A stretch of DNA of 64,000 nt. Origin: an uncultured Gammaproteobacteria bacterium (lineage in GTDB: Bacteria; Pseudomonadota; Gammaproteobacteria; SZUA-229). The stretch's first letter is position 1. The number at the start of each line of letters is the position of its first letter. The notes under the pieces were generated by a model, which was given only the letters and a program-made list of their open reading frames with translations, was not told the DNA's origin and ran no database searches. Position numbers and translations under genes: made by a program. Of the stretch, positions 9,590 to 20,245 are shown piece by piece. The stretch spans positions 10,553 to 74,552 of the forward strand of contig CAVQDO010000034.1 in the NCBI GenBank assembly GCA_963711255.1, read 5' to 3'.

Positions 9590-10348
9590 ATGTCTCTAAA
9601 ATCAAGTAGTTTTGTTCTAGGCGCAGCTCTCGCTGCGTTATCAGCAGGTTACCTGCTGTCCGTGGTGCTGCAGGATGCAGTTGATCAAGATTTTGAAGCG
9701 GTCAATGAAAAAGCGCTGGAAGATGCGCGCAAGTATTTCTCGCCGATTCAAGGTTCAATTTTGTCACCAACACGAAAGATTGCGGTGCCTGATCTGACCA
9801 AGGATAACGGTGAAGCTTTTACCCTGGATGATTTAACCGGTAAATGGCATTTGTTGTTTTTTGGTTATACGCATTGCCCGGATATATGCCCGACCACGAT
9901 GGGAACGCTTGCCCAGGCAAAAAAAATATCGAAGGTGAACAATCATATCTTTCCTGACGTCATATTCATCTCGGTCGATCCCGAGCGTGACAAGGTTGAA
10001 TTGCTGGGTGACTATGTCCGCTATTTTGATAAAGACTTTATTGGTGTCACCGGCAGTGAAGATATGATTAAAGCGCTTACACTGCAGGTTAGCGTGGTTT
10101 ATATGAAAATGGCTGAGCAGAAGCCGCAGAAAAAATCAGTAAAACATGCCAAGAAAGATGCCGGGAAAGATAAAGTAGCGAACAAGGACGCAGAAAGCAG
10201 CGGTTACCTTGTTGATCACAGTTCTGCCCTGCTGCTTGTTAATCCTGAAGGTCGCCTGGTAGCTTTTTTAAATCCGCCGCATAGTCCTGACGTTATTATT
10301 GATAGCTTCCAGTCCGTGGTTAATCAAAGCAATATGCCAAGCTTCTAA
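9590..10348 (+). CDS. SCO1/SenC family copper chaperone
   Basis: Signal-anchor followed by a thioredoxin-like domain with the FFGYTHCPDICPTT motif (CxxxC plus a downstream His). It carries an unusual Lys-rich insert (KPQKKSVKHAKKDAGKDKVANKDAE). Confidence 0.85.
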   Translation: MSLKSSSFVLGAALAALSAGYLLSVVLQDAVDQDFEAVNEKALEDARKYFSPIQGSILSPTRKIAVPDLTKDNGEAFTLDDLTGKWHLLFFGYTHCPDICPTTMGTLAQAKKISKVNNHIFPDVIFISVDPERDKVELLGDYVRYFDKDFIGVTGSEDMIKALTLQVSVVYMKMAEQKPQKKSVKHAKKDAGKDKVANKDAESSGYLVDHSSALLLVNPEGRLVAFLNPPHSPDVIIDSFQSVVNQSNMPSF

Positions 10349-10425
10349 GCTCTGTTCTCTAGCCTGTGGTTCAGGTTGCTATTCAGAATGCTCGCCGTTA
10401 CTCAGAAAGAAGACGGCTTAACAAA

Positions 10426-11367
10426 CTAAGGCGCATCGTCAACCACTTCTTCTTTAGCCGCAATCAGGAAATCCTGCTTGTGTATATTCATTACCATTAA
10501 TGTGCTGCTGGCAATGTAAATAGATGAATAGGTACCAATGACAACACCAATGATCAGGGCAAAGGCAAATCCATGAATGATCTCACCACCGAAGTAGAAC
10601 AGCGCAAATAACACCAGCAAGGTGGTTAATGAAGTTACCAGTGTTCTTGCCAGTGTCTGGTTGATTGATATATTTAAAATTTCTTCTGGCGAGGTTTTCC
10701 TGATACTTCTGAATGTTTCGCGAATTCGGTCAAGCACCACTACGGTATCATTCAATGAATAACCGATAACCGCCAGGATGGAAGCCAGAACGGTAAGGTC
10801 AAACTCCAGCTGAAATAAGGAGAATGCACCGATGGTTATGATAACGTCATGTACCAGCGCCAGGATTGCGCCTACGGCTGATTTTAGCTGGAAGCGAAGG
10901 CTGATATAGATAAGGATGCCACCAAGAGCTACCAGCAAGGCAATGCCGCCATCGTCCCTTAATTCATCGCCTACCTGTGGGCCGACGAACTCTACCCGTC
11001 GCATGGTTACTTCCTGCTCAGAGGTGCTTTTTAAGACGGCTAAAATATTGTCACCAATAGTGGCTTTGTTGATATCTTCACGCGGTGCTATGCGAACAAT
11101 AATATCTTTCGAGGAGCCAAAATTCTGCACCTGGGCATCCTTGAATTTTGCAGTGGCCAGAGCGTCTCTTACCTGCTCAAGGTTTACATCGTTCTTGTAG
11201 CCCGCTTCTATTAAATATCCGCCGGTAAAGTCGATGCCGAGGTTTAGGCCTTTAGTAGCGATGCTGCCCAGGGAAATTAAAATTAGCACTAATGAGAAAA
11301 CCATGGCTGGTTTTCGTTTGTTCATGAAATTAATTAATGTCTTGTTGCTTGCGTGTGTTTGAGACAT
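10426..11367 (-). CDS. secF: protein translocase subunit SecF
   Basis: 313 aa with 6 TM helices and a SecF signature; conserved position downstream of secD. Confidence 0.95.
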   Translation of the reverse strand: MSQTHASNKTLINFMNKRKPAMVFSLVLILISLGSIATKGLNLGIDFTGGYLIEAGYKNDVNLEQVRDALATAKFKDAQVQNFGSSKDIIVRIAPREDINKATIGDNILAVLKSTSEQEVTMRRVEFVGPQVGDELRDDGGIALLVALGGILIYISLRFQLKSAVGAILALVHDVIITIGAFSLFQLEFDLTVLASILAVIGYSLNDTVVVLDRIRETFRSIRKTSPEEILNISINQTLARTLVTSLTTLLVLFALFYFGGEIIHGFAFALIIGVVIGTYSSIYIASSTLMVMNIHKQDFLIAAKEEVVDDAP

Positions 11368-11408
11368 ATCGTTTACCTGATGTTGGGTATTTTTAATTAT
11401 TATTCGGT

Positions 11409-13259
11409 TTAGATCGATAACTTTTTAATATCGTGGTTACCGTAGAGCTTGTTAACGATGGCACGGGTGCCAACAATAGCGGTAAACATCGATGTTAAAA
11501 TACCAATACTTAAAGTAATCGCGAAACCTTTGACCGGACCGGTGCCAAGGGAAAATAGCACAATGGCAGCGAGCAAGGTGGTGACGTTTGCATCAGTAAT
11601 GGTGCTGAATGCTTTTTCATAACCGGAGTGAATGCTCGCCTGCGGAGAATTGCCGTTTTTAATTTCTTCCTTGATGCGTTCAAAGATCAGCACGTTTGCA
11701 TCCACTGCCATACCGACCGTGAGAACGATGCCGGCGATACCGGGTAGCGTTAATGTTGCCTGCAACAATGAAAGCACGGCGATAATAATGACCAGGTTTG
11801 CGGTTAATGCGATATTGGCTATTATGCCAAAACCTTTGTAGTAAACCGACATGAAAACCAGAACCAGGCAGAAACCGATAATAACGGACATGAAGCCTCT
11901 TTCAATATTATCTTTACCCAGGCTTGGGCCAACAGTTCGCTCTTCAATGATTTCTACTGGCGCGCGCAATGAGCCTGCTCGCAGCAACAGGGCCAGGTCA
12001 CGAGCTTCCTGTGATTCCAGTCCGGTAATCTGAAAACGCGCACTGAACTGACCCTGGATTGTTGCAACGTTGATTACTTCTTTTGTTGTCGTGCGTTGTT
12101 TTCTGGTTACGTCACCGACACGTTTAGTTTCAATTTTATTTTCGATGAAGACAACGCCCATCGGGTTGCCGATATTGTCACGTGTTGTGTCGCCCATTTT
12201 ATTGGCGCCTTTTCCGTTCAGGCGAACCGTTACTGCCGGTGTACCTTTCTGGCTGTCAAAAGTTGATGCGGCATCAACAATCTGGTCACCGGTCACAATG
12301 ACTCGGCGGTTTAACAATACCGGGCTGCCGTCGCGTTCGTGGTAAAGAATAGAGTTAAGCGGTGTGCGGCCGGTTTTCTCAGCTTCCAGCCAGTCGGCAC
12401 GTGTGCCTTCAGCCATTCGGAATTCCAGTGTTGCGGTTGCGCCAAGAATCTTTTTCGCGCCGGCTGTGTCCTGTATGCCCGGTAATTGCACAACAATACG
12501 TGAACTTCCCTGCTGCTGGATTAGCGGTTCGGCAACGCCCAGCTCGTTAACACGGTTGCGCAGGGTAATAATGTTTTGCTGCAATGCGGCTTTCTTTTCG
12601 TTTCTGATGGCAACATCAGAAAGTTTTGCATGCAGGCTTAAGGTGTCTTCATCTTCACTAAATTCCAGTTCGCGGAACTGGCGTGGCAGTTGTTCTGCCG
12701 CTGACTGCATATGCTCAAGTTCACGGAAGTTAATGTGCATACCATCATCGTCACGGCGTACCCCGCGGTAGCGAATTTTCTCTTCACGAAGGTAGCTGCG
12801 AATATCGGATAGCGTGCTTTCTTCCAGGCGTTTTATGGCAGCAACCATATCGACTTCCATGAGGAAGTGGACGCCACCGCGCAAATCAAGGCCGAGGTAC
12901 ATTGGTGAAGCATTTAATGCACGTAACCAGTCTGGTGTAGCGGGTGCAAGGTTCAGTGCAACCAGGTACTGTTTGCCCAGTTCCTCTTTTAATGCATCAG
13001 CAGCAATCAGCTGTGTTTCAGTATCATTGAATCTAACCAGTAAATGTCCCTGCACGACTTCTGAGGATTTGAAAGCGATGTCTCTGGACTGTATGGTTTG
13101 CTCGACTGCCATCCTGTCTTCTTCAAGCAAGGATTTTGTGCGATGGCTTATTTGTATAGCAGGGTCTTCACCATACAGGTTGGGCAAGGCATAGATGCTG
13201 GAGACCAGCAATACAACGGCGAGTAAAATGTATTTCCACAGTGGATATTGATTCAGCAT
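11409..13259 (-). CDS. secD: protein translocase subunit SecD
   Basis: 616 aa; large periplasmic domain plus C-terminal 6-TM SecD/SecF domain; yajC-secD-secF order conserved. Confidence 0.96.
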   Translation of the reverse strand: MLNQYPLWKYILLAVVLLVSSIYALPNLYGEDPAIQISHRTKSLLEEDRMAVEQTIQSRDIAFKSSEVVQGHLLVRFNDTETQLIAADALKEELGKQYLVALNLAPATPDWLRALNASPMYLGLDLRGGVHFLMEVDMVAAIKRLEESTLSDIRSYLREEKIRYRGVRRDDDGMHINFRELEHMQSAAEQLPRQFRELEFSEDEDTLSLHAKLSDVAIRNEKKAALQQNIITLRNRVNELGVAEPLIQQQGSSRIVVQLPGIQDTAGAKKILGATATLEFRMAEGTRADWLEAEKTGRTPLNSILYHERDGSPVLLNRRVIVTGDQIVDAASTFDSQKGTPAVTVRLNGKGANKMGDTTRDNIGNPMGVVFIENKIETKRVGDVTRKQRTTTKEVINVATIQGQFSARFQITGLESQEARDLALLLRAGSLRAPVEIIEERTVGPSLGKDNIERGFMSVIIGFCLVLVFMSVYYKGFGIIANIALTANLVIIIAVLSLLQATLTLPGIAGIVLTVGMAVDANVLIFERIKEEIKNGNSPQASIHSGYEKAFSTITDANVTTLLAAIVLFSLGTGPVKGFAITLSIGILTSMFTAIVGTRAIVNKLYGNHDIKKLSI

Positions 13260-13433
13260 GGCTGAGTGTTCCCGGTTTTTGAAAGTTATTTTTGAATTAT
13301 TCTTATATTTATAGTTAGTTAAAGCATCACTTATAAGCCGGCTTAAGCCTAAGTGGTTACTTTATATAGTCTATCTGGCAACAATAGCCACAGTATTAAA
13401 TAATAGAACTGGCTACTGTTACCGCAGACTTTA

Positions 13434-13778
13434 TTACTTTGCCATGTCCTTTATTGTGCCTTTGGGCATTATGTTCTGAACGGCTGATTTCTGTATATTA
13501 ATAGACACATTGCTGGCAATTTCCAGGGTGATGAAATCGTCAGTTACTTTGGTGATTTTGCCAAGGATGCCGCCTGAAGTAATGACTTCTTCACCTTTTT
13601 GCAGATCGCTTACCATTTTTTTATGTTCTTTCTGGCGTTTGCTTTGCGGACGGATCAGGAAGAAATAAAATAATACAACCAGGCCAATCGGCAGTAGTAA
13701 AGATGCTAATGGATCAGCTGATTGCTGTGCTGCGGCAGTACCCGTTTCAGCAATTGCGTCGGAAATGAAAAAACTCAT
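13434..13778 (-). CDS. yajC: preprotein translocase subunit YajC
   Basis: 114 aa with one TM helix and a YajC signature (LIRPQSKRQKEHKKM...GGILGKITKV). Confidence 0.93.
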   Translation of the reverse strand: MSFFISDAIAETGTAAAQQSADPLASLLLPIGLVVLFYFFLIRPQSKRQKEHKKMVSDLQKGEEVITSGGILGKITKVTDDFITLEIASNVSINIQKSAVQNIMPKGTIKDMAK

Positions 13779-13925
13779 GATTATCCTCGTAGAATTAGAA
13801 GTCCGGACTTTTTACCTGTTCCGGGTTACTTAATTATTATGGCCACTATTGAGTCCCGTTTATGGTTCTTTATAGCGGCCTTTAATGGCGCGATATTATG
13901 CCACAAATCCACCCCTTTCAGTGTT

Positions 13926-15098
<1,173 letters not shown>

Positions 15099-15103
15099 CT
15101 ATT

Positions 15104-15163
15104 CGCGGAATAAATTCCGCTCCTACACGGTGCCGCTTTGCTAGCAGCGGAATTTATTCCGCG
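15104..15163. repeat. perfect 18-bp inverted repeat (CGCGGAATAAATTCCGCT...AGCGGAATTTATTCCGCG) with 24-nt spacer in the queA-tgt intergenic region
   Basis: Read directly from the sequence; the arms are exact reverse complements and have an AT-rich centre. Confidence 0.7.
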
Positions 15164-15191
15164 ATGTTTAGTTGTTAATGTCTCACCTGGA

Positions 15192-16226
15192 TTAACTGAT
15201 AAACATGGCATCGCCATAACTGAAAAAGCGGTATTCATTAGCGATTGCTGATTCGTAACAGCGCATTATTTCATCTTTACCGGCAAATGCACTGATTAAC
15301 ATTAGCAGTGTTGACTCGGGCAGGTGAAAGTTAGTAATCAGCGCATCAATACTTTTGAAGCTGTAACCGGGGTAAATGAAAATATCGGTTTCACCACGGT
15401 ATGCTTCGAGTTCACCGTGTAGCGATGCTGATTCCAGTGAACGAACCGTGGTTGTACCGACAGCAATAATACGCCCGCCTTTTTCTCGCGTTCGCCGGCA
15501 TTTATCGACCGTATCCTGCGTTACATCGATGTATTCAAAATGCATTTTGTGGTCTTCGATCGCGTCACAGCGCACCGGCTGAAAAGTACCGGCGCCAACA
15601 TGCAGGGTAACATAAGCGCTGTTCACGCCTTTTTGTTTAATCTTTTCCAATAATTCATCGTCAAAGTGCAGGCCGGCGGTTGGCGCTGCGACAGCGCCAG
15701 GAGCATCCGCATAAACTGTTTGATAACGCGACATATCCTCGACGGTGTCACCACGAGTGATGTAGGGCGGTAGCGGCATATGGCCTATTTGTTCCATGAT
15801 ATCTGCGATGGACTCGCCGTCAGGGCTGCTGAGTCGAAAAAGATCACCTTCCCGGCCTTCGACATTAACGCTGTATTGATGTGCCCTGCTTTCATCACAG
15901 AGCGTGATTTTACTGCCTGATTTTGGGGTTTTACTGGCCTTGAGGTGTGCCAGGCACGAATGTTTACCAGTCAGGCGCTCGATCAGTATTTCTACCTTAC
16001 CCCCGGTTTCCTTGAAACCGTATATTCGCGCCGGGATAACCCGGGTATTGTTAAATACCAGCAGGTCATCAGGATTGATTAAATCCAGGATTTCATTGAA
16101 CTGAAGGTGTTCAATAATTTTCTGTTGACGCGAATAGTGCAGCAGGCGGCTATGCGAGCGGATTTCGCAGGGTGTTTGAGCAATCAGGTGCTCAGGTAGA
16201 TGGTATTGGAATTCGCGTGTTTTCAT
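15192..16226 (-). CDS. queA: S-adenosylmethionine:tRNA ribosyltransferase-isomerase
   Basis: 344 aa with QueA similarity throughout; conserved position upstream of tgt. Confidence 0.95.
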   Translation of the reverse strand: MKTREFQYHLPEHLIAQTPCEIRSHSRLLHYSRQQKIIEHLQFNEILDLINPDDLLVFNNTRVIPARIYGFKETGGKVEILIERLTGKHSCLAHLKASKTPKSGSKITLCDESRAHQYSVNVEGREGDLFRLSSPDGESIADIMEQIGHMPLPPYITRGDTVEDMSRYQTVYADAPGAVAAPTAGLHFDDELLEKIKQKGVNSAYVTLHVGAGTFQPVRCDAIEDHKMHFEYIDVTQDTVDKCRRTREKGGRIIAVGTTTVRSLESASLHGELEAYRGETDIFIYPGYSFKSIDALITNFHLPESTLLMLISAFAGKDEIMRCYESAIANEYRFFSYGDAMFIS

Positions 16227-16332
16227 TGGCGGCGAATAATAACGCTTTCACGCGAAAGAATATATTACTGAACGCTGATTTTTAACTTAAATACCGTTTT
16301 AAGGTTTTATTTCAGGTGAGTCTGGCGAGTTA

Positions 16333-16611
16333 CTAACTGCTCATTTTGCCAACAGCGCAACTGACAAAGGATTTAGCTTTTGCTTTCGCGGCTTTCAGGC
16401 CTTCTGCGGTACCGCTTTCGGGGTAACCCAGCTTTAGCAGCAGCATGCTTATCGCTTCGCGGCTGGATTCGTCACCGTTAATGCTAACGACACCATTTTC
16501 GATATCAACCTGGCAGTCATCCACCGCCTCATGGGCATTTAACTTTGTGCTGATGGTATTGGCACAGCCGCCGCATTTAATGTTTTCAACTGAAATCTGG
16601 TATGTCATCAC
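16333..16611 (-). CDS. heavy-metal-associated (HMA) domain protein, CopZ-like
   Basis: 92 aa; ferredoxin-like HMA fold with the metal-binding CGGC motif near the N-terminus (VENIKCGGCANTI). Confidence 0.7.
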   Translation of the reverse strand: MMTYQISVENIKCGGCANTISTKLNAHEAVDDCQVDIENGVVSINGDESSREAISMLLLKLGYPESGTAEGLKAAKAKAKSFVSCAVGKMSS

Positions 16612-16633
16612 TAGCCCCTTATGAAGCGTTTAA

Positions 16634-16921
16634 CTAGCAGCCCATAAACTGCAGGTAGCCGCCGATATTATGTACCCGGTCTACCCCTAGTTGTTGCAGG
16701 TATTTTTTAACCATTTCTGAACGTGCACCGGTACGGCAATATAGTACTACAGGTTTGGTGGTATCAATATCATCTTTTAAATGCTGAAAACTATTGATAG
16801 GCATGTTGATGGCACCAGTTAGTGCGCCCTGGCTGAATTCGACAGGTGAGCGAACGTCGATAAGCTGGCCTCCTTCACTCATGATTTCCTTTAAAAAACT
16901 GCAATTGTATCTCTCAATCAT
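16634..16921 (-). CDS. single-domain rhodanese (sulfurtransferase)
   Basis: 95 aa; rhodanese active-site loop CRTGARS (VVLYCRTGARSEMV). Confidence 0.8.
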   Translation of the reverse strand: MIERYNCSFLKEIMSEGGQLIDVRSPVEFSQGALTGAINMPINSFQHLKDDIDTTKPVVLYCRTGARSEMVKKYLQQLGVDRVHNIGGYLQFMGC

Positions 16922-17082
16922 AATTAAATTAGTAATAGCGAAGAATATAAGGATTCTATTATATTTGGATAATTATTTCAATATCAATGTGTTAAGTCTA
17001 TGCGCCTGTTCTGCTTTATTAACAGGCTTTATTGCGTCTAGAATACGCCAGCAAATAACCCGGTGTTAATAGAGGAAGCACT

Positions 17083-17364
17083 ATGTTTAAAACGAATGAA
17101 TATTTTGACGGAAAAGTGAAATCAATAGCTTTTCAGGGTGATTCAAAGGCCGCCACAGTCGGTGTTATGGCGGCAGGCGAGTATGTGTTTAATACGGCTG
17201 AAAAAGAAAAAATGAGCGTTGTTTCTGGTGAGCTGGTTATCCAGCTGGCCGGAGAGGATAACAGTAAATCTTACACCGCTGGCCAGTCGTTTGAGGTTGC
17301 TGCAGACAGCTCTTTTACTGTTTCTGTGCCAGCTGATTGTGCTTACTTATGTGAGTACGGCTAA
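17083..17364 (+). CDS. ppnP: pyrimidine/purine nucleoside phosphorylase PpnP (YaiE/DUF1255)
   Basis: 93 aa; near-collinear with E. coli YaiE (NEYFDGKVKSI...GVMAAGEY...LCEY). Confidence 0.88.
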   Translation: MFKTNEYFDGKVKSIAFQGDSKAATVGVMAAGEYVFNTAEKEKMSVVSGELVIQLAGEDNSKSYTAGQSFEVAADSSFTVSVPADCAYLCEYG

Positions 17365-17480
17365 GTCAGTTATTTGCTAAAAAATCGTATTATGTGAAGT
17401 GCCGCACATTTTAGTGGCAGATTTAAGGCGAAAATGCTGATAGTGATTTTTAACGGCAAGTTTTTAACGGCAAGTAGTAG

Positions 17481-17978
17481 GTGTATCGCGTGAGTAGCCG
17501 AGTTTTTCGTTCCATTACAAGTATTTCCATTGCTGTAGCCAGCCTCATGTTACTGGCCTGTAACTCCCAAAACCTTCAGCAGGCACAGTCTGGCATGTGT
17601 CCACAGCAGCGGGCGACGGAAATGGCTCCAGCTTTTTCGGCCAGCCAGTCTAATCCACTAGATATTAATGAACAGAATTTTGAGGCCGGCAAAGATCTCT
17701 ATCTAAAAACCGTAAAACCGGTTGCCTGTGTTGAATGTCATGGTGAGCGCGGTGACGGCAACGGCCGCATGGCCAGTATGTTTGAACCGGCACCGAGGAA
17801 TTTTACCTGTTCTGAAGTGGTTGCTGATTTACCGGATGGCCAGCTGTTCTGGATTATCAAAAACGGTTCTATTGGCACCAGCATGCCAGCATTTCATAGT
17901 TTAAGTGATGAACAAATCTGGCAGTTAACAATGTACCTGCGTAGCTTCGAAATAAAAACTGAAGTCACCATGAAATAG
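17481..17978 (+). CDS. monoheme c-type cytochrome, probable lipoprotein
   Basis: GTG start. Signal peptide with an LLAC lipobox, a single CVECHG heme-binding motif and a distal Met ligand region. Confidence 0.8.
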   Translation: MYRVSSRVFRSITSISIAVASLMLLACNSQNLQQAQSGMCPQQRATEMAPAFSASQSNPLDINEQNFEAGKDLYLKTVKPVACVECHGERGDGNGRMASMFEPAPRNFTCSEVVADLPDGQLFWIIKNGSIGTSMPAFHSLSDEQIWQLTMYLRSFEIKTEVTMK

Positions 17979-18066
17979 TATTTCAGACTATCGTGATTGC
18001 CAGCCTTTAATTAAATCCCTGTTATTAACCCGTTGATATTTTTTCATGTGTCGTCACAATGAACAC

Positions 18067-19545
18067 ATGAGTACATTAGAACAGCTGAGTTTCAGTAACA
18101 GCTTCAGCACCCTTCCTGAAATATTTTATTCAGAACACAAACCAAAAGCATTGTCGGGAGATTTTTTAATTCACTTTAATCACGCTGTAGCCGCTATGCT
18201 GGGGCTGGATGAGAGTGAATGTGAACGCAGTGATTTGCTGGATATTTTTACCACGAAGAAAAAATTTACCGGTTTCAAGCCAGTCGCCATGTGTTATGCC
18301 GGGCATCAGTTTGGACATTTTGTTCCGCGTTTAGGTGATGGCCGCGCAATATTACTTGCGCAGTTACGCAATGAAAATCAGACCTGGGATCTTCAGTTAA
18401 AAGGTGCCGGTCCAACTTTGTACTCACGCGGCAGTGACGGCCGAGCCGTGCTTCGTTCTTCTATACGTGAATATTTATGCAGTGCTGCAATGCACGGTTT
18501 AAATATAGCAACTACGCATGCACTGTTTTTATCAGGCAGTTCTGAAGAAGTATACCGCGAAGAGATTGAACCGGGTGCCATGGTATTGCGCGTGGCGCAA
18601 AGTCATATACGTTTTGGCAGCTTTGAGTATTATTTTTATTCACAGCGTTATGATGATCTAAAGTTGCTGGCCGATTATGTACTGCAGCAGTATTACCCTC
18701 ACCTGCTGCATGAAAAAAATCCGATGCATGCTTTTTTAGATGAAGTGATTGCTGACACTGCAGAGCTTATCGCTAACTGGCAGGCGGTAGGTTTTGCTCA
18801 TGGCGTGATGAATACCGATAATATGTCAATTCACGGTATCACGCTGGATTATGGTCCGTTTGGCTTTGTTGAACAGTTTGATCCCCAGTATATCTGCAAT
18901 CATTCTGACCATCATGGCCGTTACGCTTTTAATAAACAGCCGGAAATCGGTTTGTTTAATGTTAGCTGCCTGGCGCAGGCATTATTGCCGGTATTACACG
19001 ACGATCCCGATGAAGCGGTAAAACTGGCTAAACAGTCACTGGAAAATTATCAACCGGCATTCATGAAAAACTATGCAGCGCTCATGCGTAAAAAGCTGGG
19101 TTTTGTCCAGGCCAGGGATGAAGATCAAACGTTAATTACTGCACTGCTGGAGTTACTTGAAGCCGGTCATGTCGATTACACTATTTTCTTCAGGCGCTTA
19201 AGTCACTTATTAAGCGATGAAAATATCGTAAAATGCCGTGATCTGTTTATTGATCGTGAGTCATTTGATCAGTGGTTTGCGCAGTACCAGGAACGCTTAA
19301 GCATTGAAAACAGCTCAGCCGAAGAGCGCAGTGAGCAAATGAAAAAGGTCAATGCAAAGTTTATCTTACGAAATTACATGGCAGAAAAAGCGATCCGAAA
19401 AGCGCAGGATGAAAACGATTATTCTGAAATAGAAAATTTGATGAAAATACTACAGCAACCATTTGATGAGCATAGTGAGTTTGAACATTATGCCGGCCAC
19501 CCACCGGAATGGGCGCAGCAGATAGAAGTGAGCTGCTCATCATAG
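18067..19545 (+). CDS. selO: protein adenylyltransferase/AMPylase SelO (YdiU, UPF0061)
   Basis: Collinear with E. coli YdiU (GHQFGHFVPRLGDGRAILL..., KGAGPTLYSRGSDGRAV...). The ATG at 18067 matches the family N-terminus better than the upstream ATG at 18046. Confidence 0.93.
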   Translation: MSTLEQLSFSNSFSTLPEIFYSEHKPKALSGDFLIHFNHAVAAMLGLDESECERSDLLDIFTTKKKFTGFKPVAMCYAGHQFGHFVPRLGDGRAILLAQLRNENQTWDLQLKGAGPTLYSRGSDGRAVLRSSIREYLCSAAMHGLNIATTHALFLSGSSEEVYREEIEPGAMVLRVAQSHIRFGSFEYYFYSQRYDDLKLLADYVLQQYYPHLLHEKNPMHAFLDEVIADTAELIANWQAVGFAHGVMNTDNMSIHGITLDYGPFGFVEQFDPQYICNHSDHHGRYAFNKQPEIGLFNVSCLAQALLPVLHDDPDEAVKLAKQSLENYQPAFMKNYAALMRKKLGFVQARDEDQTLITALLELLEAGHVDYTIFFRRLSHLLSDENIVKCRDLFIDRESFDQWFAQYQERLSIENSSAEERSEQMKKVNAKFILRNYMAEKAIRKAQDENDYSEIENLMKILQQPFDEHSEFEHYAGHPPEWAQQIEVSCSS

Positions 19546-19552
19546 GTGTAGT

Positions 19553-20179
19553 GTGAATCACTCCGATACAACCCTTTATTATGTGCATGACCCGATGTGC
19601 AGCTGGTGCTGGGGCTTTCTTCCGGTGTGGAAGCAGGTTCAGGCTGCACTGCCGCAAACGCTGCCGGTAAGATATGTGCTGGGCGGTTTGGCACCCGATA
19701 CGGATGAGCCTATGCCCGAGAGTATGCAGCGAACCATAAAACAGACCTGGCAAAGAATTCAGCAGGAAATACCGGGAACGCTGTTTAATTATGATTTCTG
19801 GGTAAACTGCCAGCCACGGCGTTCCACCTATCCTGCCTGCCGCGCGGTGCTGGCAGCGGGTATGCAGAGTGAAGTAAAGGCCAGGAAAATGCTGCTGGCG
19901 ATACAGCAGGCCTATTATCTGCAGGCAAGAAATCCTTCTGATAATACGGTTTTAATCGCGATTTCCGCTGAAATCGGCCTTGATAGCAGCCTGTTTGAGC
20001 AGGATTTTTACTCCGGGCAATGTAAAACATTGTTAACAGAGCAGCTGCAGCTGGCGTCAGCTCTTGAGGCTTACAGCTTTCCTGGTTTAGTATTACGGCG
20101 TAATGAATCTAACACTATGATTTCTATAGACTATACTAACAGTGATTCGATTGTTTCTGAGGTATTGAAGCATATTTGA
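19553..20179 (+). CDS. DsbA-like thioredoxin-domain protein (FrnE/HCCA-isomerase-like)
   Basis: GTG start; N-terminal YVHDPMCSWCWGF motif typical of the DSBA-like thioredoxin domain family. Confidence 0.8.
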   Translation: MNHSDTTLYYVHDPMCSWCWGFLPVWKQVQAALPQTLPVRYVLGGLAPDTDEPMPESMQRTIKQTWQRIQQEIPGTLFNYDFWVNCQPRRSTYPACRAVLAAGMQSEVKARKMLLAIQQAYYLQARNPSDNTVLIAISAEIGLDSSLFEQDFYSGQCKTLLTEQLQLASALEAYSFPGLVLRRNESNTMISIDYTNSDSIVSEVLKHI

Positions 20180-20245
20180 TCCAGCGAGTTAATTGTTACT
20201 AAATCACCTTTAAATACCAACCCCCCATATGGATTACCAAGATTG

